DNA of 47,321 nt, taken from assembly GCA_965662235.1 (NCBI GenBank), contig CBFIGY010000022.1, positions 1-47,321 of the forward strand. Reading direction: 5' to 3'. Of this stretch, positions 9,780 through 20,379 are shown one piece after another. How positions within the stretch are numbered: the stretch's first letter is position 1; each line of letters opens with the position of its first letter. Source of the stretch: an uncultured bacterium (GTDB taxonomy: Bacteria > SAR324 > NAC60-12). The notes beneath the pieces are model-generated. The model made no database searches and was not told the origin of the DNA. It worked only from the letters and a program-made list of their open reading frames with translations. A program made the translations under genes and the position numbers.

Positions 9780-11036
9780 ATGCCCAGACTCATACTATTT
9801 GCCGCAGTCCTCCTGACTGTGGCGGGGTGCACGCCCCAGCTTGCCGAATTTGAGGTCCAGCGTCCGGCTCGGCTTTCGGTGCCACGAGCCGTGCAAAAGG
9901 TCTTCATCCGCCAAGACCTAGTGGAAGCCACCAACGATCGGTTGGGGCTCAAGGCGCAGGTGCTTCAGGAACTGGCGAAGCAGCTCAATCAGCTGGGACG
10001 CTTCCGGGTCCAGGTCGTGGACACCCTTCAGGATGATGCCTTTGATCCGAACCGAGAGACGGTGGCTGTGATTCAGGGAGAGGTCGTCAGTGGAAGCGAG
10101 CTTGACACAGGTCAGTTCACGGATGTCGCAACCTGCACCCGTGGGATCGCCGGCCGTGCGTCTACACTGGTGGCCGCTGCATCCGCCAGCGAAGTGGTCA
10201 CCGCGGACCAACTCGTGGGCTTCTGCCGACGGGGGGAGTTCAAAAGCGATCTTGTGGAAGGCGCCCTAGGCATGGCCCTCATGCAGGCTGGCGCAGGTGG
10301 ACTCCCGCCCAAGAATCAGGTGGTTCGGGTGTACGACTACCGAAACGTGACGCTGTTTGCTCAGGTCAACTTCAGCTTCACCCTGCTGGGGACGGAGCGA
10401 GAAACGTTGGCCTTCCGGGCAGATGCTGCGAGCTACGGGCGTCAGGTTGTGGACCCCAAAAGCTTCCGGCACGTTAAGGAAACCCACTTGGTCTCTCTGA
10501 CACTGGGTCAGCTGGTTTCCAACCTGGGCGCTCCTGTGTTCCCCAATCCGGACCCGCTTGCTTCCGATTCCAACCCGCGGCAGGTGTTCTACAACGCCCC
10601 CACGCTTCCGGAGCCGGGCCCAAACGACTTGCCGCGTGAGGAGCAGGGACGTCTGGTGAAAACCCTCATTGACCGGTCTCTGGAATCATTCATCCAGACC
10701 GTTTCCCCTTACAAGGTGACCGTAAAGGCAGAGGTCAGCACTTCCGGAAACAGCCGGGCGGCGGAGCTGCTGCAGTCTGGACGCCCGGTCGAAGCCCGCA
10801 AGGTGCTGGAAGGCATCCAGGCGGAGCGTCGCGAGGCCGCCGACTGGTACCACTTGGGGCTGGCCTATGAAGCCAGTGCTGTGACTTTAGAGGACTATGA
10901 AGACGCCCGCCGGTTCTACCTGTCGGCTCTGCAAAAAGAATCCGGAAACGCCCTCTATGCCTTGGGGGTGGGCCGGACGGAGCGAGTGCTTCAGGAAGCA
11001 CGGCGTCTGCAACAACAACTTTCGGACCGGCAATGA
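9780..11036 (+). CDS. Lipoprotein, putative CsgG/TolB-N-like N-terminal region plus C-terminal TPR (paralog 1)
   Basis: Lipobox LTVAG-C followed by F.VQRPA; C-terminal TPR-like ADWYHLGLAYEA..ARRFY..A. Start at ATG 9780 gives a normal signal peptide. Confidence 0.75.
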   Translation: MPRLILFAAVLLTVAGCTPQLAEFEVQRPARLSVPRAVQKVFIRQDLVEATNDRLGLKAQVLQELAKQLNQLGRFRVQVVDTLQDDAFDPNRETVAVIQGEVVSGSELDTGQFTDVATCTRGIAGRASTLVAAASASEVVTADQLVGFCRRGEFKSDLVEGALGMALMQAGAGGLPPKNQVVRVYDYRNVTLFAQVNFSFTLLGTERETLAFRADAASYGRQVVDPKSFRHVKETHLVSLTLGQLVSNLGAPVFPNPDPLASDSNPRQVFYNAPTLPEPGPNDLPREEQGRLVKTLIDRSLESFIQTVSPYKVTVKAEVSTSGNSRAAELLQSGRPVEARKVLEGIQAERREAADWYHLGLAYEASAVTLEDYEDARRFYLSALQKESGNALYALGVGRTERVLQEARRLQQQLSDRQ

Positions 11037-12172
11037 TGATGAACTCTCGCTTGACCCTAGGGCTTCTGGGACTGGGACTGTTGCTGCTCTCCGGATGCGC
11101 AACCGCGACCCTGACGGTCCAGAATCCTGCTGAAATTGACACCACGGCGATCCGGACGGTTGCCGTTGGAAACTTTGAAGTGGCCATGCTCCAGAGCCAG
11201 GTGCTCACGGAACGGAACGGTAACTGGAACCGCCTGCCCCAGTCGTTTACGCCTGCCCAACAGGAAGCGATCAGCCGTGCCGTCCGGGCCCGGGTGATCA
11301 ACCTGCTGACGGAGACTCCGTACTTTCAGGTGGTCTTTACCGACGAATTTGCGGCGCTGGAAAACGACACGGCTCTGCAGAAGTTGATCTCTACAGAAGG
11401 CTACACGACCCAAGGCGTGGATGCGGTTTTGAACGGCAAGGTCTGGGTGGAGATGGAGCGTTTGGACGGAGTTGACCTTTCCAAGGAAGCCCTGACCTAC
11501 TTCCGTCCTCCTAACCGACAGGGACGGGGGGGGCAGAATCTGACAGTGGAAGAGGTCATCTGGTGGCCCTACAAGGCCGTCCGGGGCTCCATGGCATTGG
11601 AGCTGAAGCTGACACGTCTGGCGCCGACTCGGGTGGTTGCCACCACGCTTGATTCCCGGACCTACGCCCATCGCATCGGAGGCTCGCCTTCTGGAACCCT
11701 GGAGAACCTGACTGGAACGGTCTCGTCTCTGATGGCCGACCAGGCATCAGATGAAGCAGGGCTGCCCGCGGAGATTCTTCCGAGCTTTGACCAGCTCATT
11801 GCAGACCTGTCATCGTCGATTGCAGCCCAGTTTGTCAAACGGGTGGCGGTGACGGAGCGGACCCTGAACCTGACGCTGGATCCTTCCGGAGACGAAACCG
11901 CCCGGGTGCTCATGCAGGCTCAGGCGTGGAATGCCGCCATTGACCGACTGCAGCAGGTGACTGCCACGGCTCCGGAACCTGCAGACCTTTACCACCTTGG
12001 GCTCTGCTTTGAGGCCACTGGAGACTACGGATTGGCCCGTGGCACTTACCTCCAGGCGTGGCAAGCCACCCCGGAAAACCTGACCTACGCCCAGGCTTTG
12101 GGACGATTGGAGCGCTTGCAGCGTGAATACCCTCAGCTTCGAAAACAACTTCAATCGCGTGAAACCCCATGA
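11033..12172 (+). CDS. Lipoprotein, same family (paralog 2)
   Basis: Lipobox LLSG-C, LTVQNPAEID..IRTVAVGNF, C-terminal ADLYHLGLCFEA..ARGTY; ATGA overlap with paralog 1. Confidence 0.78.
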   Translation: MMMNSRLTLGLLGLGLLLLSGCATATLTVQNPAEIDTTAIRTVAVGNFEVAMLQSQVLTERNGNWNRLPQSFTPAQQEAISRAVRARVINLLTETPYFQVVFTDEFAALENDTALQKLISTEGYTTQGVDAVLNGKVWVEMERLDGVDLSKEALTYFRPPNRQGRGGQNLTVEEVIWWPYKAVRGSMALELKLTRLAPTRVVATTLDSRTYAHRIGGSPSGTLENLTGTVSSLMADQASDEAGLPAEILPSFDQLIADLSSSIAAQFVKRVAVTERTLNLTLDPSGDETARVLMQAQAWNAAIDRLQQVTATAPEPADLYHLGLCFEATGDYGLARGTYLQAWQATPENLTYAQALGRLERLQREYPQLRKQLQSRETP

Positions 12173-13368
12173 CTCGTTTGGCATCTTCTTTTGGGCTACT
12201 GGCCTCACTGAGCCTGTGGCTGGTCTCCTGTGCGCCTCCTGTGACCTTCCAGGTGCAACGTCCGGCAGAACTGGCGGTGCAGCCGGAGATTGAGTACCTC
12301 GCCGTGGGTGAGTTCCAGACCGCTGGCGGAACCATTGCGGTGAATGAGCTTCCGGCTCTTCAGTCCTCACTGTTTGGCACCAAGACCCTGAAGCCTGTGG
12401 CGCCCACGCTCCAGGCGTTTCAGGCCACTCCGGAAGCGGGAGCGGCGATTCAGCAGCTGGTTCGTGCGGCCGTGGTGCATCAGCTCTCGCTCCATTCCCC
12501 CTACCAGCTCATCAACACCTCCGGTGAGGTGGAAGGGTACACGGGAGTGGTTCCGGAGGCGGCTACGGTTGCTGTGCTGGAAGCCACCATCCGCTTTGCC
12601 GAGGAACGCTTCGAGGGCTCTGAACCCTACAACTTCCTAGCAATGATCCAGAACAAGGGAATTGGATTGGAGCAGCAGCTCCTAGCATCTGCCGGGAGCG
12701 CAGTGGTGGAATCCACCGGGACGGGGAAGAAGCTCCCTGCTCCGTATGTGGAGCACCTGGCAGCGCTGGAAGTCGAGTTCCGTCTGGTCCGACTCAGCAA
12801 CCGAGAGGAACTTGCCAAGAGCCCGCCCATCCGAGCCTTCTATGCCGGAAAGTGGGGTGGAAAGTCGGACACGTCTCACCTGCCTGGAAGCACAGCGCTC
12901 CGCATCCGCCAGGTTTTTCAACAGGATGAAGCACTGACTCAGGAGCTGAAGACCGGAGCTGCACGGGCGCAGCTGGCGGTTCAGGATCCGGCAGAGTACC
13001 TGGCGCAGGGCTACAACCTGAAGCAGAGTAAGCGGGTTCCGCTGAGTGCACTGGACATCCGAGCACGTGTTGCCGAGCAGGTGGCCGTGGCGTATGCCCG
13101 GAAGGTGAGCCCGTATGAAGAAACAGCAACGCTGGCGGTGCAAGACGGCGATGCCGCGGCAGCGACCCTGATCCGGGGGAATGCCTACGAAGAGGCGATT
13201 GCCCGCATTCAGGGACTCAACACGCGCACGGCGGCTGATTCCTACAACCTCGGGCTGGCGTATGAAGCCAGCGGACAGCGCCAGCTTGCGCGTCAGGCGT
13301 ACCAGCAGGCTGATCAGTCGGATCCGGGAAATTCTCTGTATCAGCAGGCGCTTCAGCGAGTTCGCTGA
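12169..13368 (+). CDS. Lipoprotein, same family (paralog 3)
   Basis: Lipobox WLVS-C, FQVQRPAEL..IEYLAVGEF, C-terminal ADSYNLGLAYEA..ARQAY; ATGA overlap with paralog 2. Confidence 0.78.
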   Translation: MTRLASSFGLLASLSLWLVSCAPPVTFQVQRPAELAVQPEIEYLAVGEFQTAGGTIAVNELPALQSSLFGTKTLKPVAPTLQAFQATPEAGAAIQQLVRAAVVHQLSLHSPYQLINTSGEVEGYTGVVPEAATVAVLEATIRFAEERFEGSEPYNFLAMIQNKGIGLEQQLLASAGSAVVESTGTGKKLPAPYVEHLAALEVEFRLVRLSNREELAKSPPIRAFYAGKWGGKSDTSHLPGSTALRIRQVFQQDEALTQELKTGAARAQLAVQDPAEYLAQGYNLKQSKRVPLSALDIRARVAEQVAVAYARKVSPYEETATLAVQDGDAAAATLIRGNAYEEAIARIQGLNTRTAADSYNLGLAYEASGQRQLARQAYQQADQSDPGNSLYQQALQRVR

Positions 13369-13381
13369 AGAGGTAGAGGAG

Positions 13382-13406
13382 GCAGGGGCGGAGGCTCCGT
13401 CCCTGC
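13382..13406. terminator. GC-rich hairpin between convergent genes
   Basis: GCAGGGGCGGA-ggc-TCCGTCCCTGC, 11-bp stem with one G-U pair. Confidence 0.55.
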
Positions 13407-13418
13407 TCCTGAGGAGGG

Positions 13419-13907
13419 TCAGGCTTCTTGAGCCAGCACTTGGTGAGGGTTGCTCTGCATGTCGAAGAAGGAGCTTGGAATCTGCAGCGCGCGCGCGATG
13501 CGCTCCAGTGAGGCTTCAGTGACCTCGGCTGCGTGAGACTCCCAGCTCTTGACGGTCTGAATCGCAAACCCAAACTCGTAGGAAAACGCCTCAATCGACA
13601 TCCCGCGAAGCAAACGGGCGTACTTGATTCGGTCCCCAATGCGGTTGAGGTCCAAGTTGCTGTCGAGCCCCATCTCCCGCACATCAATCCCCAACACTTT
13701 GGCGATCTCGCTGTACTTGGTCAACTTGGGAGTCGAGTGTCCGGTTTCCCAGTTCTTGACAGCCGTAAGGGACACACTGAGCTTCCGGGCGAAGTCCTTT
13801 CGGGTCAACCCCGCCTTTTCTCTCCACTGCACCATCTGAGCACCAAACTCGGTTTGACTCTCAATGGCGGCTTCTTTATCGGTGGTGCGGTCTTCCATCG
13901 CACTCAT
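13419..13907 (-). CDS. XRE-family regulator with two tandem HTH domains
   Basis: WREKAGLTRKDFARKLSVSLTAVKNWETG and ARLLRGMSIEAFSYEFGFAIQTVKSWES, two Cro/C1-type HTH units. Confidence 0.85.
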   Translation of the reverse strand: MSAMEDRTTDKEAAIESQTEFGAQMVQWREKAGLTRKDFARKLSVSLTAVKNWETGHSTPKLTKYSEIAKVLGIDVREMGLDSNLDLNRIGDRIKYARLLRGMSIEAFSYEFGFAIQTVKSWESHAAEVTEASLERIARALQIPSSFFDMQSNPHQVLAQEA

Positions 13908-14075
13908 AGCAATGTTCTCCAGTTTGTTTTGAATGAAATTTTGTCGGTGGTGCCGAATTTTTTCGTAAGAAACAAGTTTGAATCTTCACACAATTTATGC
14001 CCGATTGTCAACCCCCAACGCGTGGGAAGCTCGATCCATCGGCGTGACCTCTGGTGCCTTCTTGGTTCTTTTGAC

Positions 14076-14140
14076 ATCGTTGAAACCTATTAAACGGAAG
14101 AAATTACCAATTGGACTCAATCAATCTTCCCCCCTATACT
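14076..14140 (+). promoter_or_regulatory. dps promoter (sigma70-type) with adjacent OxyR-like box
   Basis: TGGACT(14112)-N17-TATACT(14135). Immediately upstream is ATCG-N7-CTAT-N6-GAAG-N7-CAAT (14076-14111), resembling the OxyR ATAG-N7-CTAT repeat. Confidence 0.5.
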
Positions 14141-14178
14141 GGAATCATTGAAAATAAATTCGCACGAAAAGAGGTGTC

Positions 14179-14685
14179 ATGAAAAACGCTCCCACGCCCA
14201 ATCTGGGCATTTCCAATGAAGCACGCGCAGAGATCGCCCAAGGGCTGGCCCACCTGTTGGCAGACAGCTACGTGTTGTACCTGAAGACCCATGGCTTTCA
14301 CTGGAATGTGACAGGTCCCATGTTCAACACGCTGCATCAGATGTTCATGGATCAGTATACGGAGCAGTGGACGGCGCTGGACCTGATCGCTGAGCGGATC
14401 CGGTCCTTGGGCTACGCAGCGCCTGCAAGCTATGCGGACTTCAGTCGCTTGGCGAGCATTCAGGAAGAGCCCGGAGTGCCAACCGCGACGGAGATGGTGC
14501 AGCAGCTGGTGGACGGTCAGGAAGCCGTCGCCCGTACCGCTCGCAAGTGGATGCCGGTGGCTCAGGAGGCAGGAGACGACCCCACCGCCGATCTACTCAC
14601 TCAGCGACTGCAGGTGCACGAGAAGACGGCTTGGATGCTCCGCAGCCTCCTGCAGGAGACTGCAGACACGCTTCCGGGGCTGTAA
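14179..14685 (+). CDS. dps: Dps/mini-ferritin DNA protection protein
   Basis: [46 protein letters not shown] upstream. Confidence 0.95.
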   Translation: MKNAPTPNLGISNEARAEIAQGLAHLLADSYVLYLKTHGFHWNVTGPMFNTLHQMFMDQYTEQWTALDLIAERIRSLGYAAPASYADFSRLASIQEEPGVPTATEMVQQLVDGQEAVARTARKWMPVAQEAGDDPTADLLTQRLQVHEKTAWMLRSLLQETADTLPGL

Positions 14686-14691
14686 AGCGAG

Positions 14692-14720
14692 CAGGGGGAC
14701 TGCAGCAGCGGTCCCCCCTG
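14692..14720. terminator. Hairpin between convergent dps and clpB
   Basis: CAGGGGGACTGC-agca-GCGGTCCCCCCTG. Confidence 0.6.
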
Positions 14721-14730
14721 TGGTTTCTCC

Positions 14731-17340
<2,610 letters not shown>

Positions 17341-17394
17341 GGAACCTCCTCCTAGCGCGTCAAATCGGATGGCTCCGGGAGTCCGGAAGGAATT

Positions 17395-17421
17395 TTAGCA
17401 CTCACTTTATCAGAGTGCTAA
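17395..17421. promoter_or_regulatory. CIRCE element (HrcA operator) upstream of clpB
   Basis: Exact consensus TTAGCACTC-N9-GAGTGCTAA, 54 bp upstream of the clpB start. Confidence 0.95.
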
Positions 17422-17455
17422 CAAGAAGGCAACCCGGAGGAGGCGAGAAGGGCGG

Positions 17456-18871
17456 TTAGGGGGTCTGGAGGAGTTGTGAAACCTGCTCCATGTGGGTGGA
17501 GCGGGAGCCTTTGATGAGGACGACGTCGCCGGGTTGAATGGCGGCCCGCAGCTGCTGTGCGAGCTCGTGGTGGTCGGCGGCAATGGTAAAGGCTTCCGGC
17601 GCGCCGGATCCTTCTTGCCAGCCGGCTTCGTAGAACTCGGCCCGCTCGTCGGCAAGGGTCCAGAAGCCCGACACCCCCCACGAAGCTGCGGCCTGAGCGA
17701 CCTGACGGTGCAGCATGGGCGCCCACTCTCCAAGCTCAGCCATGGGTCCTGCGGCCAGCAGCAGGCGCCGGTCGGGAAACATCTGACGGAGGCTGTGGAT
17801 CATGCTCCGGAAGGAGTCCGGGTTGGCATTGTAGGAGTCGTCAATCAGCATCCAACCGTCTTGCTGCACCTGCTGGAAGCGCCCAGAGAGGTTCAGCTGC
17901 AGGGCAGCGACGGCCTGCTGCAGGTTTGGAAGCGTGACTCCGGTCGCCTGAAGCAGGGTGAGGCTGGCAACGAGGTTCCGGAGGTGCAGGGGGTTGTGGA
18001 TGGCCGCCTGAAACGCGTGCTCCTGCCAGTGAAACCGAACGCCTTCCGGGCTCCACTCAATCGCAGAAACCGCAGACTCCGCACCGTTGGGCTCTAGGGA
18101 GTAGGGAAGCAGTTGCACGTCTGCGGTTTGAGCGGCTTGCTGAATGAGCCCCCGGTGCAGTAGGTCGTGAGGGATCACCACGGGGGACTGAGGCTTCATG
18201 CCACTGAAGAGTCCGGACTTCTCTCGCGCCACTCCTTCGGTGCTGCCGAGGAATTCTAGGTGTGACTCGCCAATGTTGGTGAGGATGCCTCCGTCCGGCT
18301 TTGCCGTCAGCGAAAGTGCTTCAATCTCACCATGCTGGTTGGTGCCCATTTCCAGCACCCACCAGTCGGTCTCCAGCGGCGCTGAGAGGATGGTTTTAGG
18401 CACGCCGATGAGGTTGTTGTAATTCACCTCGGTGGCATGCGTCCGTGGGTCCAGGGAGCGGCAGAGGCTGGCCAGGATTTCCTTGGTGGACGTCTTCCCA
18501 CTGCTTCCCGTGATGCCCAGAACGGTTCCGTGGAACTGCTGGCGGAAGTGAGCAGCCCACTGGCGCAGGGCTCGGTTGGGATCCGGGACCAGCAAGCGTG
18601 GGAAGTCCTGTTCGGCCAAGTCGGCAGGCAGGCGCAGCGGATCGGCAATCACACCGGCGGCTCCGGCCTCCAGAGCAGCTGCAATGTGATCGTGCCCATC
18701 CATGTGCTCCCCCTTGAGGCAGAGGAACCAGTCACCCGGCTGCAGGGTCCGGGTGTCGGTGCTGTAGCGGCTGATGATCGTCTCGTCTGAGACCTGTTGC
18801 GAGGTGGCTCCATGAATGATTTGCTTCATCTCAGCGAGGCTATATACTTTTTTTATTTGATCCACTTTCAT
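17456..18871 (-). CDS. murF: UDP-N-acetylmuramoyl-tripeptide--D-Ala-D-Ala ligase
   Basis: STDTRTL, DGHDH, GITGSSGKTSTKE, NN.IGVP, EMGTNQHGEI, IDDSYNANPDS, M.ELG, IKGSR. Confidence 0.93.
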   Translation of the reverse strand: MKVDQIKKVYSLAEMKQIIHGATSQQVSDETIISRYSTDTRTLQPGDWFLCLKGEHMDGHDHIAAALEAGAAGVIADPLRLPADLAEQDFPRLLVPDPNRALRQWAAHFRQQFHGTVLGITGSSGKTSTKEILASLCRSLDPRTHATEVNYNNLIGVPKTILSAPLETDWWVLEMGTNQHGEIEALSLTAKPDGGILTNIGESHLEFLGSTEGVAREKSGLFSGMKPQSPVVIPHDLLHRGLIQQAAQTADVQLLPYSLEPNGAESAVSAIEWSPEGVRFHWQEHAFQAAIHNPLHLRNLVASLTLLQATGVTLPNLQQAVAALQLNLSGRFQQVQQDGWMLIDDSYNANPDSFRSMIHSLRQMFPDRRLLLAAGPMAELGEWAPMLHRQVAQAAASWGVSGFWTLADERAEFYEAGWQEGSGAPEAFTIAADHHELAQQLRAAIQPGDVVLIKGSRSTHMEQVSQLLQTP

Positions 18872-18894
18872 TATCTAACGCATCAGGGTTCATC

Positions 18895-19971
18895 ATGTCT
18901 TCGCTTCAGCAACAGTTTGAAGAAGCCTTCGGTCGCATTCAACTTGACGACGGAACGTCTTTGGGGCAAGCCAACATCGTTTACGGGTGTGTCGTCAACA
19001 ACGATTTTGCCAAGATCACACTTGTGCTTCCGGAAGGTTCTTCTTTGCGCCAATCCTTACCGGCCCAGGTCGAAGCAGAGATCACTCAAATTCCGGCCAT
19101 TCAGCGCGTGGCGGTGGAGGTGCTGGCCGAGCCTCCTCAGGACGAGGCTTCGGAGGCGCCAGCCGCTGCGCAACGTCCTGCCCAGCAGCCTCGCCGTACC
19201 GCGTACCTGCAAAACTACGACTGTGTGCTCGCAGTTGCCAGCGGAAAGGGGGGCGTTGGCAAATCCACTGTTTCCGTGAACCTAGCCCTGGCGCTGAGCC
19301 AGAAGGGATTCCGGGTGAGCCTGTTTGATGCCGACATCTATGGCCCAAGCCTGCCAATCATGACGGGGATGCGGGGCATCAAGCCGGCGGTACACGGCAA
19401 CAAGCTCCGCCCGATTGAAGCCCACGGCCTGACGGTGATGTCCATTGGCAACCTGGTCGATGAAGACTCCTCGGTCGTCTGGCGAGGGCCCATGGTACAC
19501 TCGGCGATTGACCAGCTGCTGCGCGACACGGAGTGGCCCGGGGGCGAGTTCATGGTGATTGACATGCCTCCGGGAACCGGCGATGCGCACCTCTCGCTTT
19601 CGCAGCTGTGTGAGCTGACCGGGGCCGTGGTGGTGTCCACGCCGCAAGACGTTGCCTTGCTGGATGCTGCAAAAGCCGTGAACATGTTTTCCAAAGTGGA
19701 CATTCCCATCCTCGGCATTGTGGAAAACATGAGCTTCTTTACCTGTCCGAAGTGTGGAGAAGAGACCCCCATCTTCAACCGACATGGCGCGCAGCAAGCG
19801 AGCCAGGAGTACGAAGTGCCCTTCCTGGGAGCCATTCCAATCGAACTGGACGTGCGGGCTGGAGGAGACGCGGGGAATCCGCTGATGGCCCAGAAGCTGG
19901 ACACACCTGCCGCCCGAGCCTTTTCTCAGATTGCCGACAACCTGATTGCGTCTTTGGAAGACCTGGCCTGA
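18895..19971 (+). CDS. mrp: Mrp/ApbC/NBP35 Fe-S cluster carrier ATPase
   Basis: N-terminal DUF59-like region, ASGKGGVGKST, DADIYGPS, VWRGPM, DMPPGTGD, ENMS..CPKC. Confidence 0.93.
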   Translation: MSSLQQQFEEAFGRIQLDDGTSLGQANIVYGCVVNNDFAKITLVLPEGSSLRQSLPAQVEAEITQIPAIQRVAVEVLAEPPQDEASEAPAAAQRPAQQPRRTAYLQNYDCVLAVASGKGGVGKSTVSVNLALALSQKGFRVSLFDADIYGPSLPIMTGMRGIKPAVHGNKLRPIEAHGLTVMSIGNLVDEDSSVVWRGPMVHSAIDQLLRDTEWPGGEFMVIDMPPGTGDAHLSLSQLCELTGAVVVSTPQDVALLDAAKAVNMFSKVDIPILGIVENMSFFTCPKCGEETPIFNRHGAQQASQEYEVPFLGAIPIELDVRAGGDAGNPLMAQKLDTPAARAFSQIADNLIASLEDLA

Positions 19972-19992
19972 CCTTTTTGCCTAACGGAGCCC

Positions 19993-20349
19993 ATGAGTAC
20001 CATTTTGGAAACCAGTGAACGCCCCTGGGGCCGCTATGTCGTTTTGGCCGATGAAACCGACCACAAGGTCAAACGCATCACCGTCAAGTCCGGACAGCGC
20101 CTGAGCCTGCAGAGTCACCAGCGCCGCTCGGAGCACTGGTTTGTGGTGCAGGGCTCAGGCCGTGTGACGCTGAATGACGACTTTGTGGACCTGGGGCCAG
20201 GTGAAGCCGTGGACATTCCACAAACCACCCGGCACCGCATTGAAAACATTGGGTCCACAGACCTCGTCTTTGTCGAAATCCAAACGGGTACCTACTTTGG
20301 TGAAGACGACATTGAGCGTTTTGAAGACGATTACGGTCGCAGCCAGTAA
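19993..20349 (+). CDS. Stand-alone mannose-6-phosphate isomerase type II cupin
   Basis: ERPWG.Y, KVKRITV..GQRLSLQSH..RSEHW.VV, IQTGTYFGEDDIERFEDDYGR. Confidence 0.88.
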   Translation: MSTILETSERPWGRYVVLADETDHKVKRITVKSGQRLSLQSHQRRSEHWFVVQGSGRVTLNDDFVDLGPGEAVDIPQTTRHRIENIGSTDLVFVEIQTGTYFGEDDIERFEDDYGRSQ

Positions 20350-20379
20350 CGGCTGACCGCCCCTCTTTCCAAGGTCCTG

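Noticed and set aside
13382..14720. GC-rich intergenic hairpins as a REP family
   Set aside because: The hairpins at 13382, 14692 and 47253 share only G/C runs, not a common sequence; they are treated as separate terminators.
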